Assembly: GCF_006345805.1 (NCBI RefSeq)
Contig: NC_043002.1
Coordinates: 55,738,001-55,802,000, forward strand
Source: Octopus sinensis
Lineage: Eukaryota
Direction of reading: 5' to 3'
DNA: 64,000 bases
Part shown: positions 1 through 12,900 of the stretch, piece after piece
How the letters are laid out: the number at the start of each line of letters is the position of its first letter
Numbering within the stretch: the first letter of the stretch is position 1
The notes under the pieces: generated by a model
The model's input: the letters and a program-made list of their open reading frames with translations, nothing else
Database searches by the model: none
Told to the model about the DNA's origin: nothing
Translations under genes and position numbers: made by a program

Positions 1-681
1 ACCCTCACCTGTTCCTAAGCAAGTATATTTCTGTTAGGCCTTGGAATATGTACAGCACAATGGCTGGACATAATTTTTGGGAAGATTGCAAATGAATGGT
101 TTCGTTTCCATGGTGGTGGTGTTTGTTGACAAGGCAACACAAACTTACACACACACACACACACACAAAGCAGGATTCTTTCAGTTCCCATCTACCAAAT
201 CCACTCACAAGGCTTTGGTCAGCACTATGCCGTGTCCCTGCAAAAAGACATTTAACTGCCAATGACTCGGTCCCCTTCATTGTAAACAGAGCCATACACT
301 TACTCTCTTGAAAGCACCATCAACCAGTTTTATCATTATTTGTCAATTCTTAACTCAAATCTTCTCAAAGGTTTCAAGATCATATGAAACCATTTCATTG
401 TGTTTTCATTTCTTTTTAATTTCTGTCTAAACACGATCAATTTCACTGATGTCTCAACAATTCCATAGCATTTTTCTTTAATCTTTTTACATGTTTCAGC
501 CATTAGGCTCTGGCCATGTTGGGGCACTGCCTTGAAGAACTATTGGTTGAATGAATCAGCTCTATATTTCTTTTTTTTTTTTTTTGAAAGCATGTGGTTG
601 GGAATCAATATATATAGCCTTGTCTGTGCCTATATATTGTATTGTATTTGAATATTATGAGATGTTTTTGTTGTTTTATAG

Positions 682-734
682 ATGGGATGATCAACTCATC
701 AACAATGCATTATCTTGGCTTTCAAACCAAACTG
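682..734 (+). CDS. MEIOB: MEIOB exon (WDDQLINNALSWLSNQT)
   Basis: ttttatag acceptor, gtaagc donor; 53 nt, phase 2 to 1. Confidence 0.88.
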
Positions 735-3649
735 GTAAGCATAAGATTTTTTATTTAACCCTTTAGCATTTAAACCAGCCATATCCAGCCACAAAATTCT
801 ACCTGTCTTATGTTTAAACCAGCCAGATTCAGCCTCTCACCTACAATGTCATACTAAAAATGATATTATCAAAGTCTCATAGCTACCAGATAAGTGATTA
901 ATTCAAAACAATATAAATAAATAAGCATTGGATTTTGACTGAGTAATCTGAATGCTAAAGGGTTATGTATTGCTAAATACTTAAAAAATCGTGGATTGGA
1001 AGGAGTAATAAAGTGACAGAGGAATTCATCATCACCATCATCTTAATCATCACCATTTAATCCTTTTGTTACCAACCTGGACCAAAAGTTTTAACCTACA
1101 ACATAAACATTTACGAAAGCCTCATGAAGACTTTGCCATCAGATTGTATGGTGAAGCTTGTCGTCACAAAACCATCAATAGTAGCAAATAAATGCATCAT
1201 GTGGCACTGTCAACAAAATGAAATCTTGCAATAAACCTAATAATTTAGAGCGGTTTGAATACGAGGGCTTAAATTTTGATTCAACACTACTTAAAATCTC
1301 ATTAGTACATTCATGAAAACACATCATTTCTCTTTGTAAATAGTGAAATACAGTATCCGACATTGTTTGATGTGATATCTGAGCTCTAAGAATTTTGTGA
1401 GATTTTTTCTACATTTTTTCTTTGGCGATTTTATTTTTCAACTTTTAAAATGGATAACAGTTTCATGCTACCAAGCAGTGATTGCAAATTTGAGGGTTTT
1501 TGAATGGAAGATATGGAGAAATCAAGCAAATATAAGCTTGTAAACTTGTTTGAAGCGATCACACCGGAAACAAACCATTACGCAGAAAGTAAAGAAACCA
1601 AGAAAAAAGATAGCTTGTGGTTTACCTGTAATTAGAGTCAGTTTGAGACAAAAGTTATGCAACAGAATTAAGAATCTTTTCTTCAATTGTATTTTAAAAA
1701 TCACATTAATATGACAAAAAATAAAAATGTTACGGTTGTTTAATGAAACCAGTGTAAAATTGTAATAATTTTAGAATTTACTTGAAATTCATAAGAGGTG
1801 TGTTTTCGTTAGAAATATAGTTAATGTCTCTTTCCATGCTGGCATGGATGGACAGTTTGACAGTAACTGGGGAGCCAGAGAACCGCACCAAGCTCCAGTC
1901 TCTGTTTTGGCACTGTTTATATAGTCTGATGCCCTTCCTAAAGCCAACCACTGTACAGGGTGTTCTGAGTGCTTTTTACATGGCACCAGCACTGGTGAAG
2001 TCATCATGTACCTTGCAAAACAAGACCCCTCAACTGATGCAGAGAGTAGTATTGATAGAAATGGCTTTATGCCACATGACGAGAGGTTAAAGTATAAAAT
2101 ACTTTACAATATCTAGTTCTGTGTTGTTTCATGCCAGGCAAAATGCTTAGCAGTATTTCGTCTGTCTTTATGTTCTGAGTTCAAATTCTGCTCTGGTTGA
2201 CTTAGCCTCTCCTACTTTCAGGGTCGATAAATTAAGCACCAGTTGTGTACTGGAGTCAATCTAATTGACTGACCCTCTCCCCAAAATTTTCAGGCCCTGT
2301 ACTCAGAGTAGAAAAGAATATATATTTTAAAAGCAGCAAGCTGGCAGAAATGTTAGGTCACTGGGCAAAATGCCTACTGGCATTTCATCTGTCTTTACGC
2401 TCTGAGTTCAAAAATCTGGTGAGGTCAACTTTATATATATATATATATATATATGTTTGTGTGTTTGTATTTGTCCCCCCAACATTGCTTGACAACCAAT
2501 GCTGGTGTATTTACGTCCCCGTAACTTAGCAGTTCAGCAAAAGAGATCGATAGAATAAGTACTAGTCCTACAAAGAATAAGTCCTGGTGTCGATTCGCTT
2601 GACTAAAGGTGATGCTCCAGCATGGCCGTAGTCAAATGACTGAAACGAGTAAAAGAATATATCTATAGATATTGCAGATATGGATATAAGGCTGTTTGTA
2701 AAAGAGAAATATAATTGGAGGAATGAACATATTTTGATGTTTTCTATAATGCCAATAAGTACAAGATATTTATACATGGAGCCACAATGAAGCATCTTTA
2801 TGGTAACTCAACCAACTAGAAACAGCAATCAAATCTCCCCCAAATTACACCCTGCTCTCTTAAAAAAAAGAAAAGACATATTGGATAATGGAGTCCTGGA
2901 TATGTTATGCCAGCTAGACTGTCTTTGATCACAGCTTATCTGGAGCTAAACAACAATAAGTTTTGGTGTTTGGGGTTTGAGTTGGGTGACCTTACCCCCA
3001 CCTCCTCCACTATAAACCTCTGTTTATGGAATAAGGCCAACTATCATCAATTTGAATTCCTAAACTCAAAAGCAAGGCAATGACTTAAATCCAAAGATGT
3101 TCTTCATTTCCAAAGATACGTTTTCCCATTGCAGAATATCATAACCACAGCTACATTTGGGTTGATCAGGAATCTATCATCAAGTGATTTTTTATTCTGT
3201 TGTAGTTCTCTTCATCAATGATGTCAAAGTTGTATTTGATGAATATAAAAACTATATGGTGTCTACAGCATCTTCCAAAACTATTATTACAATCAATCCA
3301 GGTGTGTTCTTCATTTATATATTTTGCATACATGCACACAAACCATATAGATGTATGTACATATGTATGTATATATGTATGTATGGATGAATGGATGTAT
3401 ATATGTATGTATATATAGTAGGGTTTCTATCTATGAACATAGTCTATTCCAGAGCCACGTTCATTAGATTTTTCATTACATGAGTAGGGGCAGGTGTGGT
3501 TGTGTGGTAAGAAGCTTGCTTACCAACCACATGGTTCCAAGTTCAGTCCTGCTGCATGGCACATTGGGTAAGTGACTTCTACTATAGCCTTGGGCTGACC
3601 AAAGCTTTGTAAGTGGAATTGGTAGACATAAATTGAAAGAAGCCCTTCG

Positions 3650-3695
<46 letters not shown>

Positions 3696-4204
3696 TGTAT
3701 GTGTGTATATATATATATATATTATATATATATATATATAATATATATATATATATGTATATATGTATGTGTGCGTGTGTATATTTATGTGTGTGTTTGT
3801 TTGTGTCTGTGTTTGTCCCCACCACCATCACTTGACAACCAATGTTGGTGTGTTTATATCCCCATAACTTAGCAGTTCGGCAGAAGAATAAGCACCAGGC
3901 CAACAAAGAATAAGTTCAAGGATTGATTTCTTTGACTAAAAGGCGGTGCTCCAGCATGGCCACAGTGAATTGACTGAAACAAGTAAAAGAGCAAAAGAAT
4001 GAGCAACTGAAGGGCATATAAGCAGAGGGAGTCCATTCCAAACTTTATGTAAAATGGCAGAAATGATGTTTTATTTGCCCATCCATCAATAGCAAATACA
4101 TAAATATATATATATATATATATAAAATATGAATTAGAGATAAAACCACTATTATACAACTCAAACAGTGATAGACATAAACCAATACATAAATAACAAA
4201 TAAT

Positions 4205-4265
<61 letters not shown>

Positions 4266-6919
4266 TATAACTAGATCTCAAAAAGTATAAAATGAATGAT
4301 AAATATATAATATAATAAGTAAAAACACTACATATGTTTCATGGCTACAATCAAATTCAAATTACAATTAAGTTTAAATTCAACTGAAATAAATTTGAAT
4401 TAAAATTATAGTCAATCTTCAGGTTAATGATAATAATTAAATAAATAAGCAAATAGAGTTAAACAATATTTATTTAAGAAATAAATAAAATAATAATTTT
4501 TATTATAGAAAAAACTCCATTAACTTAATTAGAAAATAAAATTATATATATATATTATTTGTTATTTATGTATTGGTTTATGTCTATCACTGTTTGAGTT
4601 GCATAATAGTGGTTTTATCTCTAATTCATATTTTATATATTTATACTGTGAAATTTGATTTAATACTAAATTCAATTTTTCCCTGTAAGTTTGGAGTTAT
4701 ACTCCCTAATATTATTATTATATATATATGAATGTGTGTGTATATGTATGTGTGTGTATGTGTGTGTGTGTGTGTGTGCATGCATGTACGTGTGTGTGTG
4801 CATGTATGTGTGTTTGCATGTGTACGTGCATGCATGTGTGTTTGCATGTGTATGTGCATGCATATATGCATGTGTGTATGTGCATGCATGTGTATGTGTG
4901 CATGCATGTGTGTGCACATGCATGTGTGTATGCATGAATGTATGTATGTATGTGTGTGTTTTTTTCCTTTGTCTTTGTGTGTGTATAAATACCTTATTCT
5001 CAAACTGTTGCAATTTCCATTTACTCCACCAGAGATTGAAGAAGCTCAGCATCTGTACGTATATGCCGAAAACCACCAAGACATTGAAGAAATAGAGGAT
5101 GATGTAAATAATATTCCTGATCGTAAGATTTCTCTTCATCTTTATTTAAATAATTACTCACATCATCTTAGATGAAAGCACTCTCACTGTTCTCTTCGTT
5201 TCAGTAATGTTCACTTCACTAATTACACTGAATTATCCCATCAGACACTTCAACAGGGAACAATCAGTTCAACATCCCAAATCTGTTTTCTCACCACTTA
5301 CCTTATTTTGGTGCTTGCATTGTTTTTATTATTTTAATGTACACTTTCTCATGCTTATGTGAGTCAAACAGAATTTGTTGAGGTGGATTTTCTATGGCTG
5401 GATGTTTTTCCTGTCACCAACCTTCACCTGTTCCCAAGGACAGCAATATTTCTCCATGACCAGACATGTTTTACATGAAAGACTGGAAATGAACAACATT
5501 GCCTGTATGACAGTGACATTCATTTACAACTATTACACACTGTCAAGGCAAGGAGACATATACATACACATGTATGTATATATATTCAGAGACTAGTATT
5601 GTCTGTGTAGAATACACTTCATGGTGCTCAAGAGATTTGAACTTGAGCAGGTAGAGGAGTAAAATGTAAGGACAAGCAAATTAGGCAAGTCAATATACAA
5701 AAAATATTTTTTCTACTATAGGCACAAGGCCCGAAAATTTTGGGGGAGGAGGCCAGTCGATTAGATCAACCCCAGTATTCAACTGGTGCTTAATTTATTG
5801 ACCCTAAAAGGATAGCAGGCAGAGTCAACCGTGGCGGAATTTGAACTCAGAACATAAAGACAGACGAAATACTGCTAAGCATTTCGCCTGGTGTGCAAAC
5901 ATTTCTGCTATCTCACCACCTTGATATACAAAAAATATTAAATACATTTCATACAAAAAATGTACATATGTATACACAAGTCTGACTTAGACAGAATAGA
6001 AATGATATCAGGAATTAAAGGGGCTGAGTAAGAATTCTACAAGTCCAACAGCTGTTTCTGGGGGCTTGGTAGTGCAAAATAATTATGATTGTCATTTGAT
6101 TCCATCATTGAATTTCATCTTTAAACTCCATTCTGTCAACCGCTCAAATGTAAAACTCTTCTCTGAGGGCAGAGGCTGGTGTTATCCATGATGGAATCAA
6201 GTTACGATTATCATTATTATAGACCATCAAGACCCCACCACCACCAGAAACAGCTGTTGGACTTGTAAAACTCTAATTCAACTCCTTTAATTCCTGATAT
6301 CCTTGCTATTCTGCATAAATCAGACTTTTTTTATATGTAAACTATGTACATTTTTCGTATGAAAAGTATTTAATATTTTTTGTATATTAACTTGCCTAAC
6401 TTGCTTGTCCTTACATTTACTCTTACATATATATCATCATCATCATCATTTAATGTCCGCTTTCCATGCTAGCATGGGTTGGACGATTTGACTGAGGGCT
6501 GGTGAACCAGATGGCTGCACCAGGCTCCAATCTTGATCTGGCAGATTGGAGCCTGGTGCAACCATCTATATATATATTTATATATATCTATATATATACA
6601 TACATATTGCTGAGACCCCCTTTGGTCATGACCGACCATGGGATTGCACTTAGAAAGTTACCCTCCCAGGCACAAGTCTGGGCAAAGTTGTTTATGGAAG
6701 ACCACCAGTTGCCCATGCATACCAACCTCCCCTCTCCACACCACCAATGTTATCCAAGGGAAAGGCAAAGGCCGATACAGCTGAGTGAACTGGAGCAACC
6801 TGAAATAAAGTGTCTTGCTCAAGGACACAACACGCAGCCTGCTTCGCGATTCGAACCCACAACCTCACGATCATAAGCTTGACGCTCTAACCACTGAGCC
6901 ATGTGCCTTCACATGTATG

Positions 6920-6998
<79 letters not shown>

Positions 6999-9900
6999 GT
7001 AATGGCGGTGCATCAGCATGGCCGCAGCTCTGAGCTGAAACAAAAAACAATATATATATACACACACATATATGTGTGTATATAAATGTATATAATTAAG
7101 TGTCTAAGTCTTCTTCTATGTATAACTGCAACAAAAGATATATAAACAATTATATCTTCAATACAACAACTTTTTATCTATTTAAATTAGTTGGTATAAA
7201 AAAGATTATTGTTTAAATTAACTTATAATAATCTTCTATATATGTATGTACACACACACATATATGTATGGGCTTCTATTCGTTTTCCTCAACCAAATCC
7301 ACTCACAACACTTTGGTTGCTTGAGGCTGAAGTAAAAGACATTTGCCCAAGGTACCACACAGCAGTAGGACATGTGGTTAGGACGCAAACTTCTTACCAC
7401 ACAGCCACACCTGTTACATAAAGCTTTATGGGCCACTGGGTCACTGCTAAACATTTTAGCTTCAAAAGTGGATCAGTTTGGTAGCATTCATCATTCTCTA
7501 GAAGATATTTTTTGGCATTTGTCTTATTTATTTCTTTACCATCATCATCATCATCATCGTCGTCATTGTCGTCATCATCATTATCATCATCATCGTTTTA
7601 ACATCCACTTTTCTTTGCTTGCAAGAGTCAGACAGAAGTAAGTGGAGATAAGTGGATATTTGAAACAATGATCATATGCATTCATTTATAAACAAGAAAA
7701 AAATACTCTCTGCATGTGAATAACAGAAACATGAAACTCAGAATAGAGCTTTTATTCTATGGAACGTGATAAAATCAATATAAAACTGTTATTTATTTAA
7801 ATTATTTTCTAACGTTTTGATTACCTCTAATTAATTTGAACCGTCTCTCCCATTTCAGCCTCTTCTATTACTGATGTGTACACAGTTAAAGAAATCAATG
7901 ATCTATTAAAAGTTCCTTCTGGCCAAGATATATTTGGTTACTCTTACAGTTTTATTAGTTGGTTTAATGTGGACGCAACCAATAAGAATTACATACAGTT
8001 TTACTGGTAGAATGACTTTTTACATTCAGTTTGTTTTATAATTTATTGAATTAATTATCATAAATTTTACTTTCAATGTTTAATTTTATATTTGATGTTG
8101 TTGTTACTATTATTATTTTCATATGACTGATTTTAATATATTATATAATGTACAATACTATAGTTTAAATAAAGAATGCAAACACATTCTTTCTAAGTTA
8201 TTAATGTGCGGGGAAAAAGACGAAGGATGTAGTCCCCTGACAAACTGTTTTATGGTTTGTTAACCACTCTTCAGAGAAGGCCTGCCCAGCATCTTTTCCC
8301 AACCAATAGCATAGACAAATTGCTATATAAAGCAGTCGGGAATTTGGTCAGTACTATTGAGGATAGCCTAATTTGCATGTTTATGCTTTTACTGGCTCTT
8401 CATTGAAATTCTCACATAAATTGATAATAAAACTTTAAAAATAGAGCAAAGATTCCCTTTAGTCATGAATGATCATGGGATTGCACCTAGAAATTGCCCT
8501 CCAAAGCACAAGTCTGGACAAGGTTGTTTATGGAAGACCAGCAGTCACCCATGCATACCAGTCTCTCCTCTCCAAGGGAAAGGCAAAGGCCAATACAATT
8601 TAACACCAGTGATGCTGCAACTCATTTCTACAGCTGAGTGAACTGGAGCAATGTGAAATAAAGTGTCTTACTCAAGAAGAACATAACACACAACCTGGTC
8701 AGGGAATTGAACTCACTACCTCATGATTGTGAGCCTGACCTCCTAACCACTGAGCCATGCACCTTCACTAATTAAACTTAGATGTAGCTTAAAAAAAAAG
8801 AAAAAACCCTTCAGCTTATAGGGTTTTAAGTTCACTGTTTAAAAACTTCCTCTTCATTTAACCCAGTGGTTCCCAAACTTTTTTGGGCTGCTGTCTCTTT
8901 GACACCCACCCCAACTAACCATCACAAGCATAGACCTCTTTTTCAAAGAAATTCAAAATAACTGTATTTCACAATTAAAATTTAACCTAATGAACCCATT
9001 ATTTTGTTGTTTTTACATGAATTACCACCCCATTGTCACCCCAATTTTTACATGAATTACTACCCCATTATTGCCCCACTTTTCTTCAACATCCCCTTCG
9101 AACTTTCCACCACTCCCAAGGGGAGAACTACCACCCACTTTCGGAACCATTGATTTAATATATACAAAAAACACACTTCAGCCTCAGGGAGTTCGTTCCT
9201 GTCATGGACACGTGGTGCAGAGGAGGACTTAAACAACATTCTGCCAGACACTGAAACAGCTGTTAGGTATAGAGTGAACAAAGGTAACAAGCAACCAGAA
9301 TCATTTTCACATCAAATAAAACACTAAAAGGCACTTCTTTAGACTTTTTACATTCTGAGTTCAAATGCTGTTGAGGTCAGCTTTGCCTTTCACCTTTTTG
9401 GGGCTGATAAAATAAGTATCAGTCATGCACTGGGGTCAATGTAACAAACCAGCCCCTTCTCCCCAAACTTCACATCTTTTGCTTATAGCAGAAAGAATTA
9501 TACAGTGCACTCTTCTGGTTTGTAGAAGTCTACAGTACCTCAGTATAGTTAGGATGACTTAACAATCAACATCATCATCAACACTCTTCAGAAATAGAAG
9601 CTTCACATCAGGGATATTAATACAACCCATCAATCAACCAGCTGATATCTTTGGTCAACAAGCTGACACCTCACAGAGTTAGTTTTATTAAACATTGCTT
9701 AAAGAGGTTACTACAAAATTTTAAATGACATTTATGTTTTCACAATATTTGATATATTTATATTTACCTAAAAAACAACCTTCTAAGTTTATAAGTTAAA
9801 CACTTCTGTTTATTAACAAAAATTAGCATGAAATTTTAAAAAAACCTTAAAATGTGAAATAATTTGTTTTTTAAATTTTTGCATCTTCCGTTTTATTAAC

Positions 9901-12900
9901 AACATATTTTACAGGAAAAAAACATTAAAAGTATAAAATTATGGAGGTAAAATACCCTAACTACCTCACCATGGAAACAAAAAAAAAAAAAAGGGGGGGT
10001 AAGTAGCAGAAGGTAGCGGGGGTAGAGGAAATAATGGGTTGTACACGCCATAACAAATGGCATGTTTTGCCATGCCTCACAGACATGATTGCAAAGGCAT
10101 TGCTACAGAGAATGGCCAGTGACACTCACTGCCACCCAACCTCATGAAATTCATCTCTCAGACAGGCCACAGTTATCCTGATTTTGTGGAGGAAATTGGC
10201 AGGGTCTGTGATTGAACTCAAAGTACATAAAATCAAAGGCTGACAACCTTCAACTTTTACTATCCAAAAGGTTTTTTAACCCAATATTTAAATGCAGTTA
10301 TTTATAGCTTTATCTCCTTCAAGTTCATCCATTAAACATGAATTATTTCATGTTCTCTCATAGTCTCTAAATTCTTATGATGTAAACAACTAGTAATTTT
10401 TTTTTTTTTGTTTTCTTCAATTATTTCAGCCCTGATTGCATGTTTCCAATGAGTGCAGAGTCTCCAATCTGTTTAAACAGCAACTGTGAATCTACTTATG
10501 ATAATATGAAGTCTCCCCTGATAAAGTTCTATCTGACAATCTCTTTCTCAGACTGTACAGACACAATAAGGAAATGCTTCGTTAACAATGACCTTGTTGA
10601 AAACCTTCTCAACATTTCAGTCAGTATACAATATTGTTTTACCTCAACAACTTTCTCTTTATTAAATTTCCATGTATTTTAACTTTCATCTTTTACTTCA
10701 GTCACTGGACTGTGACCATGCTGGAGCACTGCTTTGACAGGTGTGGCTGGAGGAGGGGAGGGAGGGAGGAGAAGGAAAGTAAAGTGAAACAAAGCTGTTA
10801 TATAAATAGGTAGAAAAAGAAAGTGAGTAAAATTATATCCAGCCATTTATAAATATGGAGATATTCTATCATTATATATATAGGCGCAGGAGAGGCTGTA
10901 TGGTAAGTAGCTTGCTTACCAACCACATGGTTCCAGGTTCAGTCCCGCTGCTTGGTACCTTGGACAAGTGTCTTCTACTATAGCCAGTAATTATCATCAA
11001 CATTTTAACATCCACTTTTCCATGCTTGCAAAGGTTGGACAAAGTTTATTGAGGCAGAGTTTCTATGGCCAGATGCCCCTCCTCTCACCAGCCCTCATCT
11101 GTTTCCAAAAAAGGTAATATTTCCCCATGGTTAAGGCTGAATTGTTAGCACATCAAATAGAATGCTTAGCAGCATTTTGTCTGTTTTTACATTCTGAGTT
11201 CAAATTCCACTGGGGTCAGCATTACTTTTCATCCTTTCAAGATTGAACACTGGATCATTTTAATCAACTTACCCCTCTCTCAAAATTACTGGCCTTGTGC
11301 CAAAATTATTATTAAGTTGGTGAGCTGGCAGAACCATTAGCATGCCAGGCAAAATGATTAGCAACATTTCATCTGTCTTTGCGTTCAAAGTTCAAGTTCC
11401 ACTGAGGTCAATTTTGTCTTTCATCCTTTCGGGGGTCAATAAACACTGGGGTCCATGTAATCAACTAGTCCCCTCCCCCAAAATTTCAGGCCTTGTGCCA
11501 TTAGTAGAAAGGATTACTACTACTACTGTACACACCAAAATAGTATTATTATTATTATTATTATTCAGGTCACTGCTTGGAATCAAACTCGGAATCTTGG
11601 GTTTAATAGTCCGTGCTCTTAATCTCTATGCCATATGCCCATGGGCAATTATAGACTGAATTTTTAGGGCTTATATATCTAATACTTTCCTATCCTTCCA
11701 AAACTGGTTTGATTCCTAATTTCTTGTATATTTTCTCTTTATTGCACTTTCCCTTGTAGGCTGCTCAATTCGTTCAGTTGAGTGAAAATAGAAAGACAGA
11801 ACTGAAGTGGAAAGTCCTGTTTGAACGATTCAAAATATATTTCAAGGTAGATATAGCTTGTTATGTTTTTACAACTACCAAAGTGGCAAGTTTTAAAAAT
11901 CAAATTAAATTCATGGAATATTTTACCAATTTAGTTATCATCAATACATTGTGAAGTACAATGGGTAAGAGGTTAAAATTTTGGAGCAGTTTCTCCTAAA
12001 ATGGCTTCTGTGGAAAAATACTGGGCTTCAGCAAGGAATGGGTTATTTTAACAAGTTATACAAGATGTGCCAAAAAAAGAAACCATCCTAGATTCATCAT
12101 CCTTGATAAAAGTTTCAATAACAAAATTTCAGTGTATTCTGATGTTAATTTAAGAAGCACAGTAAACGATTAATTAGATAAAGACATTGTTACCACCCAC
12201 TTAAGTTGATAAGGACCACACCAATAGCCATGTAAAACATGGGATGTTTTTCTGTTGCACCTAATATATTTGGTTAAAACTGAAACTGAAATTTTAATCA
12301 GATGTTCAAATTAAAATATCAATTTCATAACCTTACTATTTACGAATTTCTTTTCTTGTCCCACTGCATGGCACTTTGGGCAAGTGTCTTCTACTATAGC
12401 CTCAGGCCAACCAAAGCCTTGTCAGTGGATTTGGTAGACGGAAACAGAAAGAAGCCCTTCGTATATATGTATATATATATATATTAAAAATGGGGAAGGC
12501 CGGTTTATAGAATTACCTTAGGTTTCCCATCGATTAAGGGTTTAGATTTATGGAGTATCGTTAGATCTCAAAAACCTGTTGGGACAACAGGTTTTTGGGA
12601 TCTGATAATACTCCATAAAGCTAAACCCTTATATGGATGGGAAGCCTAAGGTAATCGCATAAGCCAGCCTTCCCCATTTTTAATATATACTGCTCTACAT
12701 CTTAGAGTGTGCTTCTTCTTTTGGACTTATGTTTTCTACAATGTGTGTGTGTGTGTGTGTCCATGTTTGTCCCCTACCATTGCTTGACAACCAATGTTGG
12801 TGTATTTACATCCCCCATAGTACAAGTACCAGGCTTTAAAAAAATACGTCAATTTGTTTGACTAAAAATTCTTCAAGGTGACACTCCAGCATGGCTACAA

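Noticed and set aside
1180-1760. Possible DNA transposon remnant in the first visible MEIOB intron
   Set aside because: No identifiable termini, TSD or convincing peptide.
4641-5175. Long ORFs of 120-155 aa on both strands
   Set aside because: They are translations of CA/GT/GCAT microsatellite; only 5033..5122 is a real exon. The same applies to most YI/HT/CV-rich ORFs in the track.
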